Source of the DNA: Alphaproteobacteria bacterium
GTDB lineage: Bacteria > Pseudomonadota > Alphaproteobacteria > RF32 > CAG-239
Direction of reading: 5' to 3'
NCBI GenBank assembly: GCA_045615365.1
Contig: JAZLEQ010000007.1
Span: 1,029-65,028, forward strand
Length of the DNA stretch: 64,000 nt
Both the position numbers and the translations under genes were made by a program. Position 1 is the first letter of the stretch. Every line of letters begins with the position of its first letter. Shown here in pieces: positions 28,538 to 39,292 of this stretch. A model generated the notes under the pieces. That model made no database searches. It had not been told where the DNA came from and worked only from the letters and a program-made list of their open reading frames with translations.

Positions 28538-29739
28538 TATTGTCTTTCCTCCATTGCTTTCACCAATTTTTCTACAGAATCTTCCGTGGTTTCAGTCCAA
28601 ATTATCGGCAACTTTGAGTTTTCCAAAATTTCTTTTGCCATATCTTTGTTTGTTCCTTCAAAACGAACAACCATAGGAACATTCAACCCAACTTCCGATG
28701 CTGCGGCAACAATTCCGTCGGCAATTAAGTTACAACGCACAAAACCACCTAAAATATTGAGTAAGATACCTTCGACACGGGGGTTGGTCATAATTATTTT
28801 AATACCGGAAGCTATCTTGTCTTTATCTACACCGCCTTTTACATTTATGAAACATGCAGCCCCCATATTTTTATCTTTAAGCAAATCCATAACTGCAAGT
28901 GCCAAGCCATCGCCATTAACAATACAACCTACCGAACCGTTAAATTCGCGATATGTAAACTTATAATGCGATGCGGTTAATTCGCGTTCGGATGATTCAC
29001 TGTCATCTTTTAATTTCAGTATTTCCGGCTGACGATACAGAGAATTGTCATCAAACGATATTTTAGCATCAAGCGCTAAAAGATCGCCACCTTTCATTAC
29101 TCCGACAGGGTTAATTTCAATCATTGAACAATCTGTTTCGATAAATGCTTGATGTAAACCATTAATCAGATTTTCTAGCCGGCGCGCCGAACGATTGCTT
29201 AATTTTAAAAATTCAAGCACTTGACGAACTTGCTCAGGATTGACCTCGTCGGCAACATCAAGCTTTATTTTCAATATTTTTTCTGGTTTGTTCAAAACAA
29301 TCTTTAATATATCGCCGTCTTTCATCGGTGCAACCAAAAGAATCTTTTCGGCTTCAACGCGATTTATTGCTATAGCCATATAAAAATTACGTTCTATTTT
29401 GGCAAACGATTCAACATAAATACGATTAACTCTCTTGCCTTTCGGACCGGTTTGCATGGTAACCAAAGTTGAACCAAGCATTTGCAAAGCATTTTCATAT
29501 ATTAAACGTTTTGACTTTATAACTCTTATTCCCCCTGATTTACCGGCTTCATCTTCCAAAAAATATCCTTTATGACGAGCTCCAGATTGAATTTGAGCCT
29601 TCAAAACCCAAGGGCCTCTTTTAGAAATGTTTTCAGCAATTTCTTTTGCCTCGTTGGGAGTATATGCAACACCGCCCTTAGGAACTTTAATTCCATAACG
29701 ACTTAGTATTTTTTTTGCTTGATATTCATGTATATTCAT
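28537..29739 (-). CDS. sucC: Succinyl-CoA synthetase beta subunit, divergent
   Basis: MNIHEYQAK, KAQI, EINP, LDAKISFDDN, GCIVNG.GLA, RFEGTN. Confidence 0.88.
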   Translation of the reverse strand: MNIHEYQAKKILSRYGIKVPKGGVAYTPNEAKEIAENISKRGPWVLKAQIQSGARHKGYFLEDEAGKSGGIRVIKSKRLIYENALQMLGSTLVTMQTGPKGKRVNRIYVESFAKIERNFYMAIAINRVEAEKILLVAPMKDGDILKIVLNKPEKILKIKLDVADEVNPEQVRQVLEFLKLSNRSARRLENLINGLHQAFIETDCSMIEINPVGVMKGGDLLALDAKISFDDNSLYRQPEILKLKDDSESSERELTASHYKFTYREFNGSVGCIVNGDGLALAVMDLLKDKNMGAACFINVKGGVDKDKIASGIKIIMTNPRVEGILLNILGGFVRCNLIADGIVAAASEVGLNVPMVVRFEGTNKDMAKEILENSKLPIIWTETTEDSVEKLVKAMEERQ

Positions 29740-29756
29740 AAGACAAAGCCCTCAAA

Positions 29757-30158
29757 TCATAAAACATTCGCATAATATTTTATTTTTGCCACCATTGCCT
29801 CCAAACCATTGCGACGAGATGGGCTAAGATGTTCTTCCAAACCTATTTGCTTAAAAATATTTGCAATTTCCGTTTGTTTTATTTCTTCCGCGGTTTTGTG
29901 ATTGTATATGGTAAGAACAATAGCTATTAATCCTTTTACAATCATTGCATCGCTATCACCTTCAAAAAAAATCAAACCTTTTGATGTTTTATGAGGCACA
30001 AGCCATACCTGCGATTGGCACCCTTTAACCTTCCATTCTTCGGAGTGAAACTCTTCAGAAAGTGCCGGCAATTTTTCTCCCAAGTCAATAATATAGCGAT
30101 ATTTATCTTCCCATCCGTCAAGATATTCAAAATTATCCGCCAGTTCGTTTATATCCAT
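29757..30158 (-). CDS. sufE: SufE Fe-S assembly protein
   Basis: WEDKYRYII, VKGCQSQVW, DSDAMIVKGL, LSPSRRNG. Confidence 0.93.
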   Translation of the reverse strand: MDINELADNFEYLDGWEDKYRYIIDLGEKLPALSEEFHSEEWKVKGCQSQVWLVPHKTSKGLIFFEGDSDAMIVKGLIAIVLTIYNHKTAEEIKQTEIANIFKQIGLEEHLSPSRRNGLEAMVAKIKYYANVL

Positions 30159-30269
30159 TTTTTATCTGCCTGATGTATTCAAAATATGTATGAATGTAGC
30201 ACCTAAAAAATGACAAGGCAACAGAAAAAACCGCTATTTCAACGACGATTAAATATAAAAAAATACTTA

Positions 30270-30653
30270 TTATAAAAGTTCGAACATCTCTCTGGCTTCT
30301 TCGCTTAAATTAGCCAAGCTCCAAGCAGGTTCCCAAACAACTTTAACTTCTACCTCTCCAACATTTTCAAGCGAAGCAACAGCATCTGCTGCTTGTTGAG
30401 GTAAAACACCTGCCACGGGGCACATGGGAGATGTTACCGTCATTTCAATATATACATTACCTTGTTCTAGCTGTTCTATTTTATAGATTAATCCCATATC
30501 CCAAATATTAATCATAATTTCAGGATCTGATACGGTTTTTAATGCCTCTATTATTTCTTCACGGGATGCAGCCTTTATTCCCTCCCCCAATGAACTTCCG
30601 GACTTGGCTACATATTCTTTTTTATATTCTTCAAAATCGTTTATTTCTTCCAT
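30270..30653 (-). CDS. sufT: DUF59/SufT Fe-S assembly protein
   Basis: VSDPEIMINIWDMGLIY, MTVTSPMCP, VWEPAW; within suf operon. Confidence 0.85.
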   Translation of the reverse strand: MEEINDFEEYKKEYVAKSGSSLGEGIKAASREEIIEALKTVSDPEIMINIWDMGLIYKIEQLEQGNVYIEMTVTSPMCPVAGVLPQQAADAVASLENVGEVEVKVVWEPAWSLANLSEEAREMFELL

Positions 30654-30668
30654 TTCAGTTCTCTGTTC

Positions 30669-31883
30669 TTAAAAAAATGTTTTGGCTTTTTCTATGGCAT
30701 TACACAAAGCATCTATATCTTCCTCTGTGGTATACATTCCGAAAGATGCTCTGGCTACAGATTCATATCCCATTCGCCGAACAAGCGGTGCTGCGCAGTG
30801 ATGTCCCACACGAACAGACACACCTTCTTTATTTAGAATAAAAGCTAAATCCTGTGAATGAATACCATCAACCACAAAGGAAAAAACACCTCCTTTATTT
30901 TTAGACGTTCCCACCAAGGTAAGTCCTTTAACTGCTGACAGCTTTTCGGAAGCATATTTGGTAAGTTTCTTTTCGTGATTTGCTATTTTATCCATGCCAA
31001 TATTCATCATGTATTCCAAAGCCACCCCCAAACCTATAGCTTGAACTATAGCTGGAGTTCCCGCTTCAAAACGAGCCGGAGGAACATCAAAAGTGGTGGT
31101 TTGATATGTTACAACATCAACCATATCACCACCGAACTGATACGGAGGCATAGATAACAAAATATCATATTTTCCGTAAAGGACACCTATTCCACTCGGA
31201 CCATAGGTTTTATGCCCTGAGAAAACCAAAAAATCACAGTCTAATTCTTGAACGTCAATTTTTTGATGAACCGCATATTGGCAAGCATCAACCAAAACTT
31301 TGACTCCCATATTGTGGGCGTGTGAAATTACCTTTTGCAAAGGAAAAATACTACCCAAAACATTTGACATTCCGGTTATGGCAACTAACTTGGTTTTGCC
31401 GTTTAATTTTTTTTGAAAATCATCAAAATCTAGTGAACCGTCGTCACTAATCTTGCAAATTTTTAATTCAAACCCTATCTCGTCACGCAAATTTTGCCAA
31501 GGAACTAAATTGGCATGGTGCTCTGCCTCGCTTATGATAACTTCATCTATTTTTGTTAAAAATTTGCGTCCCCATGTTGATGCAACCAAGTTTATAGACT
31601 CTGTTGCATTTCGGGTATATACTATTTCCGAGGACGATGATGCATTTAGAAATTTTCTTACAATTTCGCGTGATTTTTCATATTCTGCGGTTATTTCTTC
31701 TGACAAAAAGTATGATCCCCTATGCACATTGGCATATTCTTTAGAATATATTTCCATCATGCGATCTATCACGCATTGCGGCTTTTGAGCAGATGCGCCG
31801 GAATCCAAAAAGACATTTGATTTGCCGTTTATTTTCAAATCAAATATCGGAAAATCTTTTCTTATCTTTTCAACATTATACAT
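30669..31883 (-). CDS. sufS: Cysteine desulfurase SufS
   Basis: LDSGASAQKP, EHHANLVPW, FSGHK, RVGHHCA. Confidence 0.95.
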   Translation of the reverse strand: MYNVEKIRKDFPIFDLKINGKSNVFLDSGASAQKPQCVIDRMMEIYSKEYANVHRGSYFLSEEITAEYEKSREIVRKFLNASSSSEIVYTRNATESINLVASTWGRKFLTKIDEVIISEAEHHANLVPWQNLRDEIGFELKICKISDDGSLDFDDFQKKLNGKTKLVAITGMSNVLGSIFPLQKVISHAHNMGVKVLVDACQYAVHQKIDVQELDCDFLVFSGHKTYGPSGIGVLYGKYDILLSMPPYQFGGDMVDVVTYQTTTFDVPPARFEAGTPAIVQAIGLGVALEYMMNIGMDKIANHEKKLTKYASEKLSAVKGLTLVGTSKNKGGVFSFVVDGIHSQDLAFILNKEGVSVRVGHHCAAPLVRRMGYESVARASFGMYTTEEDIDALCNAIEKAKTFF

Positions 31884-31911
31884 TGCTATTGCCCCTTGAT
31901 TAAACCTTATT

Positions 31912-33168
31912 CTAGTTATCCTGTATTAATAATTTAATCCAATTTGCAATATTTTCATTATCAACTTTAGCAATAACATCATTAAGATAGGCATCAATTA
32001 ACAGTTGTTTTGCTGTTTCTTCATTTATTCCACGAGAACGCATATAAAAAAGTTGCTCAGCATCAAGTTGTCCGCAGGCAGAACCATGAGAACATTTCAC
32101 ATCGTCAGCAAAAATTTCAAGTTCCGGTTTAACATCAACCTCTGCCTCATCAGTTAAAAGCATCGCCTTATGAAGTTGGTAGCCTTCTGTTTTGATTGCT
32201 TGTGGTGCTATGTGGATTTTTCCTTGAAAAACTCCCTTTGCCTGCCCTCCGACAACACCTTTTATTAATTGCGATGATTTGGTGTGTGGCTTGATATGTC
32301 TGATATCGGTAGTTGTATCAAGAGTTGCCCAACCGTTCATTATATAGGCGGCATTAACTTGGGCAAAAGCATTTTCTTCACTTAAGAATATTTGGCTTTC
32401 GTTTCGTCCCATATCGGCACCTTTTTGCAAACAAAAAGAGTTATATTCTCCGCCGGTTAATACCTCAACAGCATTTAGAGCTATATGTCCGGCCTTAAAT
32501 GCTTCATTTTGTGCTTTGTAATGATTGAGTTTCGCATTGCGCAAAATATATATTTCGTTGACAACATTGGTTAAATATACCGACTTAACATCGCCGTCAT
32601 AGCAAAAATATTCGCACAACTCAACACTCGCATTTTCGCCGACAACAATTACATTGCGCATATTGTATAAGGAATTTGGAACATCACAGGAAACATGATA
32701 AACAATGCTTATTGGTTTTGTGATATTGACATTAGAATCGATATTTATAAAAACACCTTCATTCAAATATGCCTGATTCAACGCTGCAAACGGATGTTTA
32801 TTTATATCGGCGAGCTTTCCCGTTTTTTCTCGGACGGAACTTTTCAGTATCAAAGCCTCAATCAATGGCAAGATTTCTATCCCTTGAGGCAGATTGCTGT
32901 TAAACGGGTTAAAAACGCCGTTTTCAAAACAAATACGATAATCGGTAAAAGGTAAAGACAACTCGCCATTTGGGGTATCAATTTTCCCTCTGGGATTATA
33001 TAAAAATTCTTCACCCAAGAAGCGATTGGGTTTGGTATATTTCCATGCTTCGGTTTTGGCAGTAGGAATACCTTGCGACAAAAAAGCATTTCTGCCGGCC
33101 GTTCTTTTTTCTTTAAGCCATGGGATTTCACTACCGAGGAGCTCTATTTCCTTAAAAAGATTTTCCAT
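31912..33168 (-). CDS. sufD: Fe-S cluster assembly protein SufD
   Basis: EAWKYT, KPELEIFADDVKCSHG, LFYMRSRGI. Confidence 0.93.
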   Translation of the reverse strand: MENLFKEIELLGSEIPWLKEKRTAGRNAFLSQGIPTAKTEAWKYTKPNRFLGEEFLYNPRGKIDTPNGELSLPFTDYRICFENGVFNPFNSNLPQGIEILPLIEALILKSSVREKTGKLADINKHPFAALNQAYLNEGVFINIDSNVNITKPISIVYHVSCDVPNSLYNMRNVIVVGENASVELCEYFCYDGDVKSVYLTNVVNEIYILRNAKLNHYKAQNEAFKAGHIALNAVEVLTGGEYNSFCLQKGADMGRNESQIFLSEENAFAQVNAAYIMNGWATLDTTTDIRHIKPHTKSSQLIKGVVGGQAKGVFQGKIHIAPQAIKTEGYQLHKAMLLTDEAEVDVKPELEIFADDVKCSHGSACGQLDAEQLFYMRSRGINEETAKQLLIDAYLNDVIAKVDNENIANWIKLLIQDN

Positions 33169-33926
33169 TATTTTTCTTTCACAAATTCCGCATAGCCGTT
33201 TTGTTCCAATTCTATAGCCAATTCTTTATTGCCGGTTTTAACAATTTTGCCATCGGCATAAACATGAACAAAGTCAGGAACAATATCGTTTAGCAATCTT
33301 TGATAGTGAGTAATGACCAACAAACCGTTTTCCTTAGTGCGCAACGAATTAACCATTCGAGCGACAATTCGCATGGCATCAATATCCAAACCGGAATCGG
33401 CTTCATCCAAAATGGCGAGAGCCGGTTTTAGGATTGCCATTTGCAAAGTTTCCAAACGTTTTTTCTCACCACCCGAAAAACCGACGTTTACCGGTCTTTT
33501 TATCATATCAGAATCCAGCCCTAAAAGTTTTGCTTCTCCTCGCACCATTTTGATAAATTCCATGGTGTCAAGCTCCTGCTCACCACGATATGAACGAATC
33601 GCATTAACCGAATGCTTGAGAAATGTTGTTACCGGAACACCGGGAATTTCCACCGGATGCTGCATTGATAAAAACAAACCTTCGCAAGCTCTTTCTTCTG
33701 TGCTCATTGCAAGCAAATCTTTGCCTTTAAACAACACTTTTCCTGATGTAACTTCATACCCCGGCTTGCCGCATAAAACATTTGAAAGGGTTGATTTTCC
33801 GGCTCCATTAGGTCCCATTATAGCATGAACTTCGCCGGCATTTATGGTCAGACTAAAGCCCTTTATTATCTCTTTTCCGTCAACTCCGGCATATAAATCT
33901 TCAATTTCTAAAAGAGGTGTTGTCAT
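33168..33926 (-). CDS. sufC: Fe-S cluster assembly ATPase SufC
   Basis: GPNGAGKST, GFSGGEKKR, LDEADSGLDID, ITHYQRLL. Confidence 0.96.
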   Translation of the reverse strand: MTTPLLEIEDLYAGVDGKEIIKGFSLTINAGEVHAIMGPNGAGKSTLSNVLCGKPGYEVTSGKVLFKGKDLLAMSTEERACEGLFLSMQHPVEIPGVPVTTFLKHSVNAIRSYRGEQELDTMEFIKMVRGEAKLLGLDSDMIKRPVNVGFSGGEKKRLETLQMAILKPALAILDEADSGLDIDAMRIVARMVNSLRTKENGLLVITHYQRLLNDIVPDFVHVYADGKIVKTGNKELAIELEQNGYAEFVKEK

Positions 33927-34204
33927 TTGCTTTTATCCCAATCGTTTAATCTTTGTTCTATTAACTTAATTTTTTCTTGTTTATAGGTTTCAACCTTTTC
34001 GGCAATCCGGTAATTTTCTTTCAGCTGCTCCAACATTATTTCAACATCGGCGGTTTCTTCGATGATTTGATCAATGTTGTCTTTATGACGACACACATTT
34101 TTCAAAATTTCTTTCATCAATTCCGACATTTCTTCAACAACCATCATCATTTGCGGTTGTTCGCCCCATGTTTCAAGAGCTCGTTTCAGCACCGGATTTA
34201 TCAT
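33923..34204 (-). CDS. MazG-like NTP pyrophosphohydrolase-fold protein
   Basis: EEMSEL...EETADV acidic motifs; abuts sufB stop and overlaps sufC start. Confidence 0.75.
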   Translation of the reverse strand: MINPVLKRALETWGEQPQMMMVVEEMSELMKEILKNVCRHKDNIDQIIEETADVEIMLEQLKENYRIAEKVETYKQEKIKLIEQRLNDWDKSK

Positions 34205-35656
34205 CTACCCTACACTCCCTTCAAGACTTATATTTATCAGTTTTGCGGCTTCTATGGCAAATTCCATCGGCAAGTGCTGCATAACTTCTTTGCAGAACCC
34301 GTTAACAATAAGCCCCACCGCCTCTTCTTCTTTTATTCCTCGGCTCATACAGTAGAAAAGTTGTTCGTCCGAAATTTTTGAAGTGGTTGCTTCGTGTTCA
34401 AGCTGTGCGGTTTTATTGCGATTTTCAATATACGGAACCGTGTGCGAGCCGCAGTTGGTGCCAATCAGCAAGCTGTCGCATTGGGTGTAGTTTCTGGCGC
34501 CATCGGCTTTGGGCGCGATTTTTACCAACCCGCGATATGTCTGATTTGAGAAACCGGCAGAAATTCCTTTGGATATTATTTTGGACGATGTATTTTTGCC
34601 TATATGAATCATTTTTGTTCCGGTGTCGGCCTGTTGACGATTGTTAGTTATGGCAACCGAATAAAACTCGCCCACGGAATTATCGCCTTGCAAAATGCAT
34701 GAAGGATATTTCCATGTTACCGAAGAACCTGTTTCAACCTGCGTCCACGACATTTTAGAATTAACACCACGACAAGCAGCTCTTTTAGTTACAAAATTAT
34801 AAACTCCGCCCTTGCCTTCCGAATCGCCGGGATACCAGTTTTGAACGGTTGAATATTTAACTTCGGCATTATTCAAAACAACAATCTCAACAATTGCTGC
34901 ATGGAGCTGATTTTCATCTCTTTGCGGGGCGGTGCAACCTTCCAAATACGAAACATAACTGTCGTCATCGGCAATGATAAGAGTGCGCTCAAATTGCCCT
35001 GTGTTTTTAGCATTTATCCTGAAATAGGTGGAAAGTTCCATGGGGCATTTCACCCCTTTGGGGATATACACAAACGAACCGTCGGTAAACACTGCAGAAT
35101 TCAAACAAGCAAAGAAGTTATCCGTATAGGGAACAACCGAACCCAAATATTTTTTAACCAAATCCGGATGTTCTTTGACAGCTTCCGAAATGGAGCAAAA
35201 TATCACCCCTTTTTCTGCCAATTTGGCGCGATATGTAGTTGCGACGGAAACACTGTCAAAAACAGCATCGACTGCAACAACTCCTGCCAAAACTTCTTGT
35301 TCCTTTAGGGGAATGCCCAATTTTTCATATGTTTCAAGCAGGCTCTTATTAACCTCATCCAAACTTTTGGGAGCAACTTTTTGCTTGGGAGCGGAATAGT
35401 AGGACAGGCTTTGATAGTCTATTTTATCATATTCAACCTTGGCCCAAGATGGCTCTTTCATATTTTTCCAAAACGAAAAAGCTTGCAAGCGCCACTCCAA
35501 AAGCCATTCCGGTTCGCCTTTTTTAACTGATATTTTTCGGATAATATCTTCATTTAGCCCGCAAGGAATCGTATCGGCCTCGATATCTGTTACAAAGCCG
35601 TATTTATATTTGTCGCCGGATTCATCGGCAATTATAATATCATTTTCTTCTTTCAT
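34205..35656 (-). CDS. sufB: Fe-S cluster assembly protein SufB
   Basis: [44 protein letters not shown]. Confidence 0.97.
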   Translation of the reverse strand: MKEENDIIIADESGDKYKYGFVTDIEADTIPCGLNEDIIRKISVKKGEPEWLLEWRLQAFSFWKNMKEPSWAKVEYDKIDYQSLSYYSAPKQKVAPKSLDEVNKSLLETYEKLGIPLKEQEVLAGVVAVDAVFDSVSVATTYRAKLAEKGVIFCSISEAVKEHPDLVKKYLGSVVPYTDNFFACLNSAVFTDGSFVYIPKGVKCPMELSTYFRINAKNTGQFERTLIIADDDSYVSYLEGCTAPQRDENQLHAAIVEIVVLNNAEVKYSTVQNWYPGDSEGKGGVYNFVTKRAACRGVNSKMSWTQVETGSSVTWKYPSCILQGDNSVGEFYSVAITNNRQQADTGTKMIHIGKNTSSKIISKGISAGFSNQTYRGLVKIAPKADGARNYTQCDSLLIGTNCGSHTVPYIENRNKTAQLEHEATTSKISDEQLFYCMSRGIKEEEAVGLIVNGFCKEVMQHLPMEFAIEAAKLINISLEGSVG

Positions 35657-35796
35657 AACTCAGTAAAATTAGTGTTTTTTTTATTTAAAATCAACCCATA
35701 TTTTTAAGCATTCATATTTGGTTTAGAAAATATTAATTCTTCGCTGCTATACATAACAGTGTAAAGCTTTATACAAATTAGAAAGATTGCCGTTTT

Positions 35797-36699
35797 ATGT
35801 GTTGCCGTCGTTGGTTGGTAATATTGATTTTACTTATGCTTAATGCCTGCGCTTCAGACATTAAGATATTTGACTACACCATTTGGGGGCGCCCCTCAAA
35901 CAGCGTGCGTCCGACAAGTATCAGAGTGAAAAAAGGCGACACTCTCTATAGTATTTCCAGAAAATATGATGCTCCGATCCGTGAAATCATTGAAGAGAAT
36001 CGGTTTCGTCCGCCATATACTCTAAAAGTGGGGCAACTTGTTAAATTGCCGAAAGCAAAATATCATATCGTGGAGAAAGGCGACACATTATATAATATAT
36101 CCAAACGCTATAACGTTGATATGCCAACTTTAAGCAAAACAAACAATTTGGTTGCTCCCTTCACATTGACAATCGGGCAAAAATTGCTACTCCCCGGAAG
36201 TTTGGTAACATCCAAAACCTATGCTTCGGCAAATGCTGCGACCAAACAAAAAACAAACACAAAAACGGGCAACAAAAAACAGACTTATATAAACGACACC
36301 TACCCCAAACCCACAACCAAACGCAAAGAAAAATTTGCTTGGCCGGTTAAGGGACAAGTTGTTTCAAACTTCGGACCAATCAGCAAAGGACGCAACAACG
36401 ACGGAATTAACATCAAGGCACCCAAAGGAACTCCTATCAAGGCGGCAGACAAAGGAACTGTTGCCTATGCAGGAAACGAACTTAAGGGCTTTGGCAATCT
36501 TATTTTGATTCGCCATGACGACGGTTGGGTAACAGCTTATGCTCATGCCGATGCAATAAAAGTGAAAAAAGGACAAAAAGTTACCAAAGATACCGTCATT
36601 GCAACAGTCGGTAATACGGGAGGTGTGAGCACTCCGCAACTACACTTTGAAACACGTGCCGGCAAAAAAGCCCTTAATCCTAAAGCTTATTTAAGATAA
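35797..36699 (+). CDS. nlpD: LysM-LysM-M23 lipoprotein (NlpD-like)
   Basis: LNAC lipobox, two GDTLY LysM repeats, degenerate NDGIN M23 motif, YAH, LHFE. Confidence 0.8.
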   Translation: MCCRRWLVILILLMLNACASDIKIFDYTIWGRPSNSVRPTSIRVKKGDTLYSISRKYDAPIREIIEENRFRPPYTLKVGQLVKLPKAKYHIVEKGDTLYNISKRYNVDMPTLSKTNNLVAPFTLTIGQKLLLPGSLVTSKTYASANAATKQKTNTKTGNKKQTYINDTYPKPTTKRKEKFAWPVKGQVVSNFGPISKGRNNDGINIKAPKGTPIKAADKGTVAYAGNELKGFGNLILIRHDDGWVTAYAHADAIKVKKGQKVTKDTVIATVGNTGGVSTPQLHFETRAGKKALNPKAYLR

Positions 36700-36750
36700 A
36701 TTTATGCTACTTTTCATAGCTGCTAAAAAACGATGACAATAACTTTAAAT

Positions 36751-37047
36751 TGTCATGCCTTGAGAGAGCGTAGCGAACGAAATAAGGCATCTTCGAGTTA
36801 TTTATTTATGTTCTTTTGTGTGCACAAAAGAACCAAAAAGCACCGCTCCGATATTGTCCTTTCTCGCTTTTTTGCTCAATATGTGCCCACCATGCCTATT
36901 GCGTTGCATGGTTCATCATTCTTTTGCTTTATTTCGCAAAAAAGCTGGACAATAAGTCGCGGTTATATTGTAAATTATAAACTTTATATTTAAAAAATTC
37001 GAAGATCGCTGATCCGAAGGAAGAATGCTTCCTTCGGAGCGATGACA
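36751..37047. repeat. Nested palindromic (REP/RPE/MITE-like) element
   Basis: TGTCAT...ATGACA ends, ATCTTCGA/TCGAAGAT arms, internal hairpins incl. TCCGAAGGAAG/CTTCCTTCGGA and GCTTTTTTGC/GCAAAAAAGC. Confidence 0.6.
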
Positions 37048-37175
37048 GTTAGGGGAGCGTGTTTGAATTACGTGCCTCAAGCGATGACACTTTTGGGGAT
37101 TGCGTTTGGACTGCGTGCCTCAAGCGATGACATTTTTGGGGATTGCTTTTTAACTGCGTGCTTTTTTTATGACAC
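37039..37175. repeat. Degenerate 42-43-bp tandem repeat (about 3 copies)
   Basis: GCGATGACA at 37039, 37081, 37124; CGTGCCTCAAGCGATGACA at 37071 and 37114. Confidence 0.7.
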
Positions 37176-37352
37176 AACCCCTAATGACACCTATCCGCAT
37201 TATCTCATGATTATACATCGCAATATGTTAAATCGCGGCTAACGAAAAAGACTTTTTTATAAAAATAACTTGTGAAATAATGAATTTTTCCCTATATAAG
37301 CAGTAATAAATGTTTTATATTGTTGTTTAATATTAATATTCGGAGAAAAAAT

Positions 37353-37709
37353 ATGTTTATAAACGATGCTTTTGCTCAAACTGCAGATGTTGCCGCTCAA
37401 GGCGGTTCCGCAATGGGTATGATTGTTCAACTGGTGCTCATTTTTGCAATTTTCTACTTTCTGCTCATTCGTCCGCAACAAAAAAAACTTAAAGAACATG
37501 AGGCAAAATTAAAAGCCATTAAGCGCGGCGATATGATTGTTACCGGCGGAGGTGTGTTTGCAAAAGTTGAGAGTGTGGACGATGCAAAAGATGAATTGAT
37601 GGCAGAAATTACCAAAGATGTTGTTGTTAAAATTGCAAGATCTACCGTGCGTGAAGTTTTGACCGAAGAAGTTGCTCCGGCAAACAATAATAAAAAATCA
37701 AAAAAATAA
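37353..37709 (+). CDS. yajC: Preprotein translocase subunit YajC
   Basis: FYFLLIRPQQKK, GDMIVTGGG; upstream of secD. Confidence 0.95.
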   Translation: MFINDAFAQTADVAAQGGSAMGMIVQLVLIFAIFYFLLIRPQQKKLKEHEAKLKAIKRGDMIVTGGGVFAKVESVDDAKDELMAEITKDVVVKIARSTVREVLTEEVAPANNNKKSKK

Positions 37710-37725
37710 TTGAAGGTTATGAATA

Positions 37726-39270
37726 ATGTATAAACTATCAAGATCAAGAGTTTTAATTATAATTGCAATTTGTTTGGTGGGTGTGTTTTTTGCTATTCCA
37801 AACATTTTGAACAATCCGGAAAAATTGCCGAGTTGGTGGCAACCGGTTAATTTGGGGCTGGACCTCCAAGGCGGTTCCAACTTGTTGTTGGAAGTTAAGC
37901 TCGATGAAGTGTTGAAAGAAAGGATGGCTTCTATTGAAGATTCTGCTCGTCAGATTTTGCGCGAAGGCAGAATTCGCTATAAAACCCTCACTTCAAACGA
38001 AAACGGCGTTAATGTTTTGATTGAAAATGCCGGCTCAAAAGCAAAAGCTTCGGGATTGTTCCGCAAGATTGATGAGGGAATCGATGTTGTTGAAAACGAA
38101 GACGGTTCTTTAACAATTAAGTATAGCGATATTGCTTTGGGAAAATTGAAGGCTAAGGTTGTTGACCAGTCTATTGAAATCGTGCGCAGACGTATTGATG
38201 AATTGGGAACTAAAGAACCGGTTATTCAATCACAAGGAGTCAACAGAATCGTGGTTCAATTACCGGGGTTGCAGAATCCGGAATATGTTAAGACATTGCT
38301 CGGAAAAACAGCAAAAATGTCGTTCCATTTGGTTGACGGATCAGCAAGAGCATCTGATGCCAAAAGAGGTTTGCTCGGTGCAAAATACAAAATCGCTCAA
38401 GGTCCGATGGGCGAATCTTATGTGATTACCAGAAAACCTGTTGTCGGCGGCGAAAATCTGGTTGATGCTCAACCTTCGTTCCAAGACGGACAAGCTGTGG
38501 TTTCCTTCCGCTTCAATTCTTTGGGCGGTAAAAAATTCGGCGATGTGACCAAAGACAACATCGGTCAACAATTAGCCATTGTTTTGGACGGAGAAGTTAT
38601 CTCGGCTCCGGTTATTCAAAGCGCCATCATGGGAGGTTCGGGTGTTATTACCGGAAACTTCACGGTTAAGTCGGCTAATGATTTGGCTTTGTTGTTGCGT
38701 TCGGGTGCCCTGCCTGCTCCGTTGGAGGTTTTGGAAGAGCGCACTGTCGGTGCCGGATTGGGTGCAGACTCGATTAAAGCAGGTGTGATTGCTTCGGTTA
38801 TCGGTTTGTGCTTTGTTGTGTTGTTTATGCTTTCTGCATATGGTTTGTTCGGAGTATTTACCACCATCGCCGTGTTTACCAACCTTTTCTTGATGTTGGG
38901 TGTTTTGAGTGCCATGGGGGCTACTTTAACATTGCCGGGTATCGCCGGTATTATCCTTACAATCGGTATGGCGGTTGATGCTAATGTCTTGATTTTTGAA
39001 AGAATGAGAGAAGAAGTAAAACACGGACGTTCAACCAGAGATGCAGCCGAAGCCGGCTTCACCGAAGCATGGACAACCATTGTGGATTCAAACCTCACAA
39101 CATTGGTTGCTGCGGCCGTGCTGTTTTATTTCGGAACCGGACCGGTTAGAGGATTTGCCGTTACATTGGCTATCGGTATCGCAACTTCAATGTTTACATC
39201 GGTTACCGTTACACGTTTGATTATTACAACGTGGTTGAGCAAATATAAACCTACAAAGTTGCCTATTTAA
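37726..39270 (+). CDS. secD: Protein translocase subunit SecD
   Basis: LGLDLQGG, RRRIDELG, LRSGALP, GMAVDANVLIFER. Confidence 0.97.
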   Translation: MYKLSRSRVLIIIAICLVGVFFAIPNILNNPEKLPSWWQPVNLGLDLQGGSNLLLEVKLDEVLKERMASIEDSARQILREGRIRYKTLTSNENGVNVLIENAGSKAKASGLFRKIDEGIDVVENEDGSLTIKYSDIALGKLKAKVVDQSIEIVRRRIDELGTKEPVIQSQGVNRIVVQLPGLQNPEYVKTLLGKTAKMSFHLVDGSARASDAKRGLLGAKYKIAQGPMGESYVITRKPVVGGENLVDAQPSFQDGQAVVSFRFNSLGGKKFGDVTKDNIGQQLAIVLDGEVISAPVIQSAIMGGSGVITGNFTVKSANDLALLLRSGALPAPLEVLEERTVGAGLGADSIKAGVIASVIGLCFVVLFMLSAYGLFGVFTTIAVFTNLFLMLGVLSAMGATLTLPGIAGIILTIGMAVDANVLIFERMREEVKHGRSTRDAAEAGFTEAWTTIVDSNLTTLVAAAVLFYFGTGPVRGFAVTLAIGIATSMFTSVTVTRLIITTWLSKYKPTKLPI

Positions 39271-39292
39271 GAAAAGAATAAGGATATAAAAA

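Noticed and set aside
37039-37175. CRISPR array
   Set aside because: The sequence between the conserved cores is also similar between units (tandem repeat, no unique spacers), only about 3 units, and no cas genes in the window
36733-37242. ORFs 36733-36993 and 37042-37242
   Set aside because: They lie on palindromic and tandem repeats, with no protein-like features
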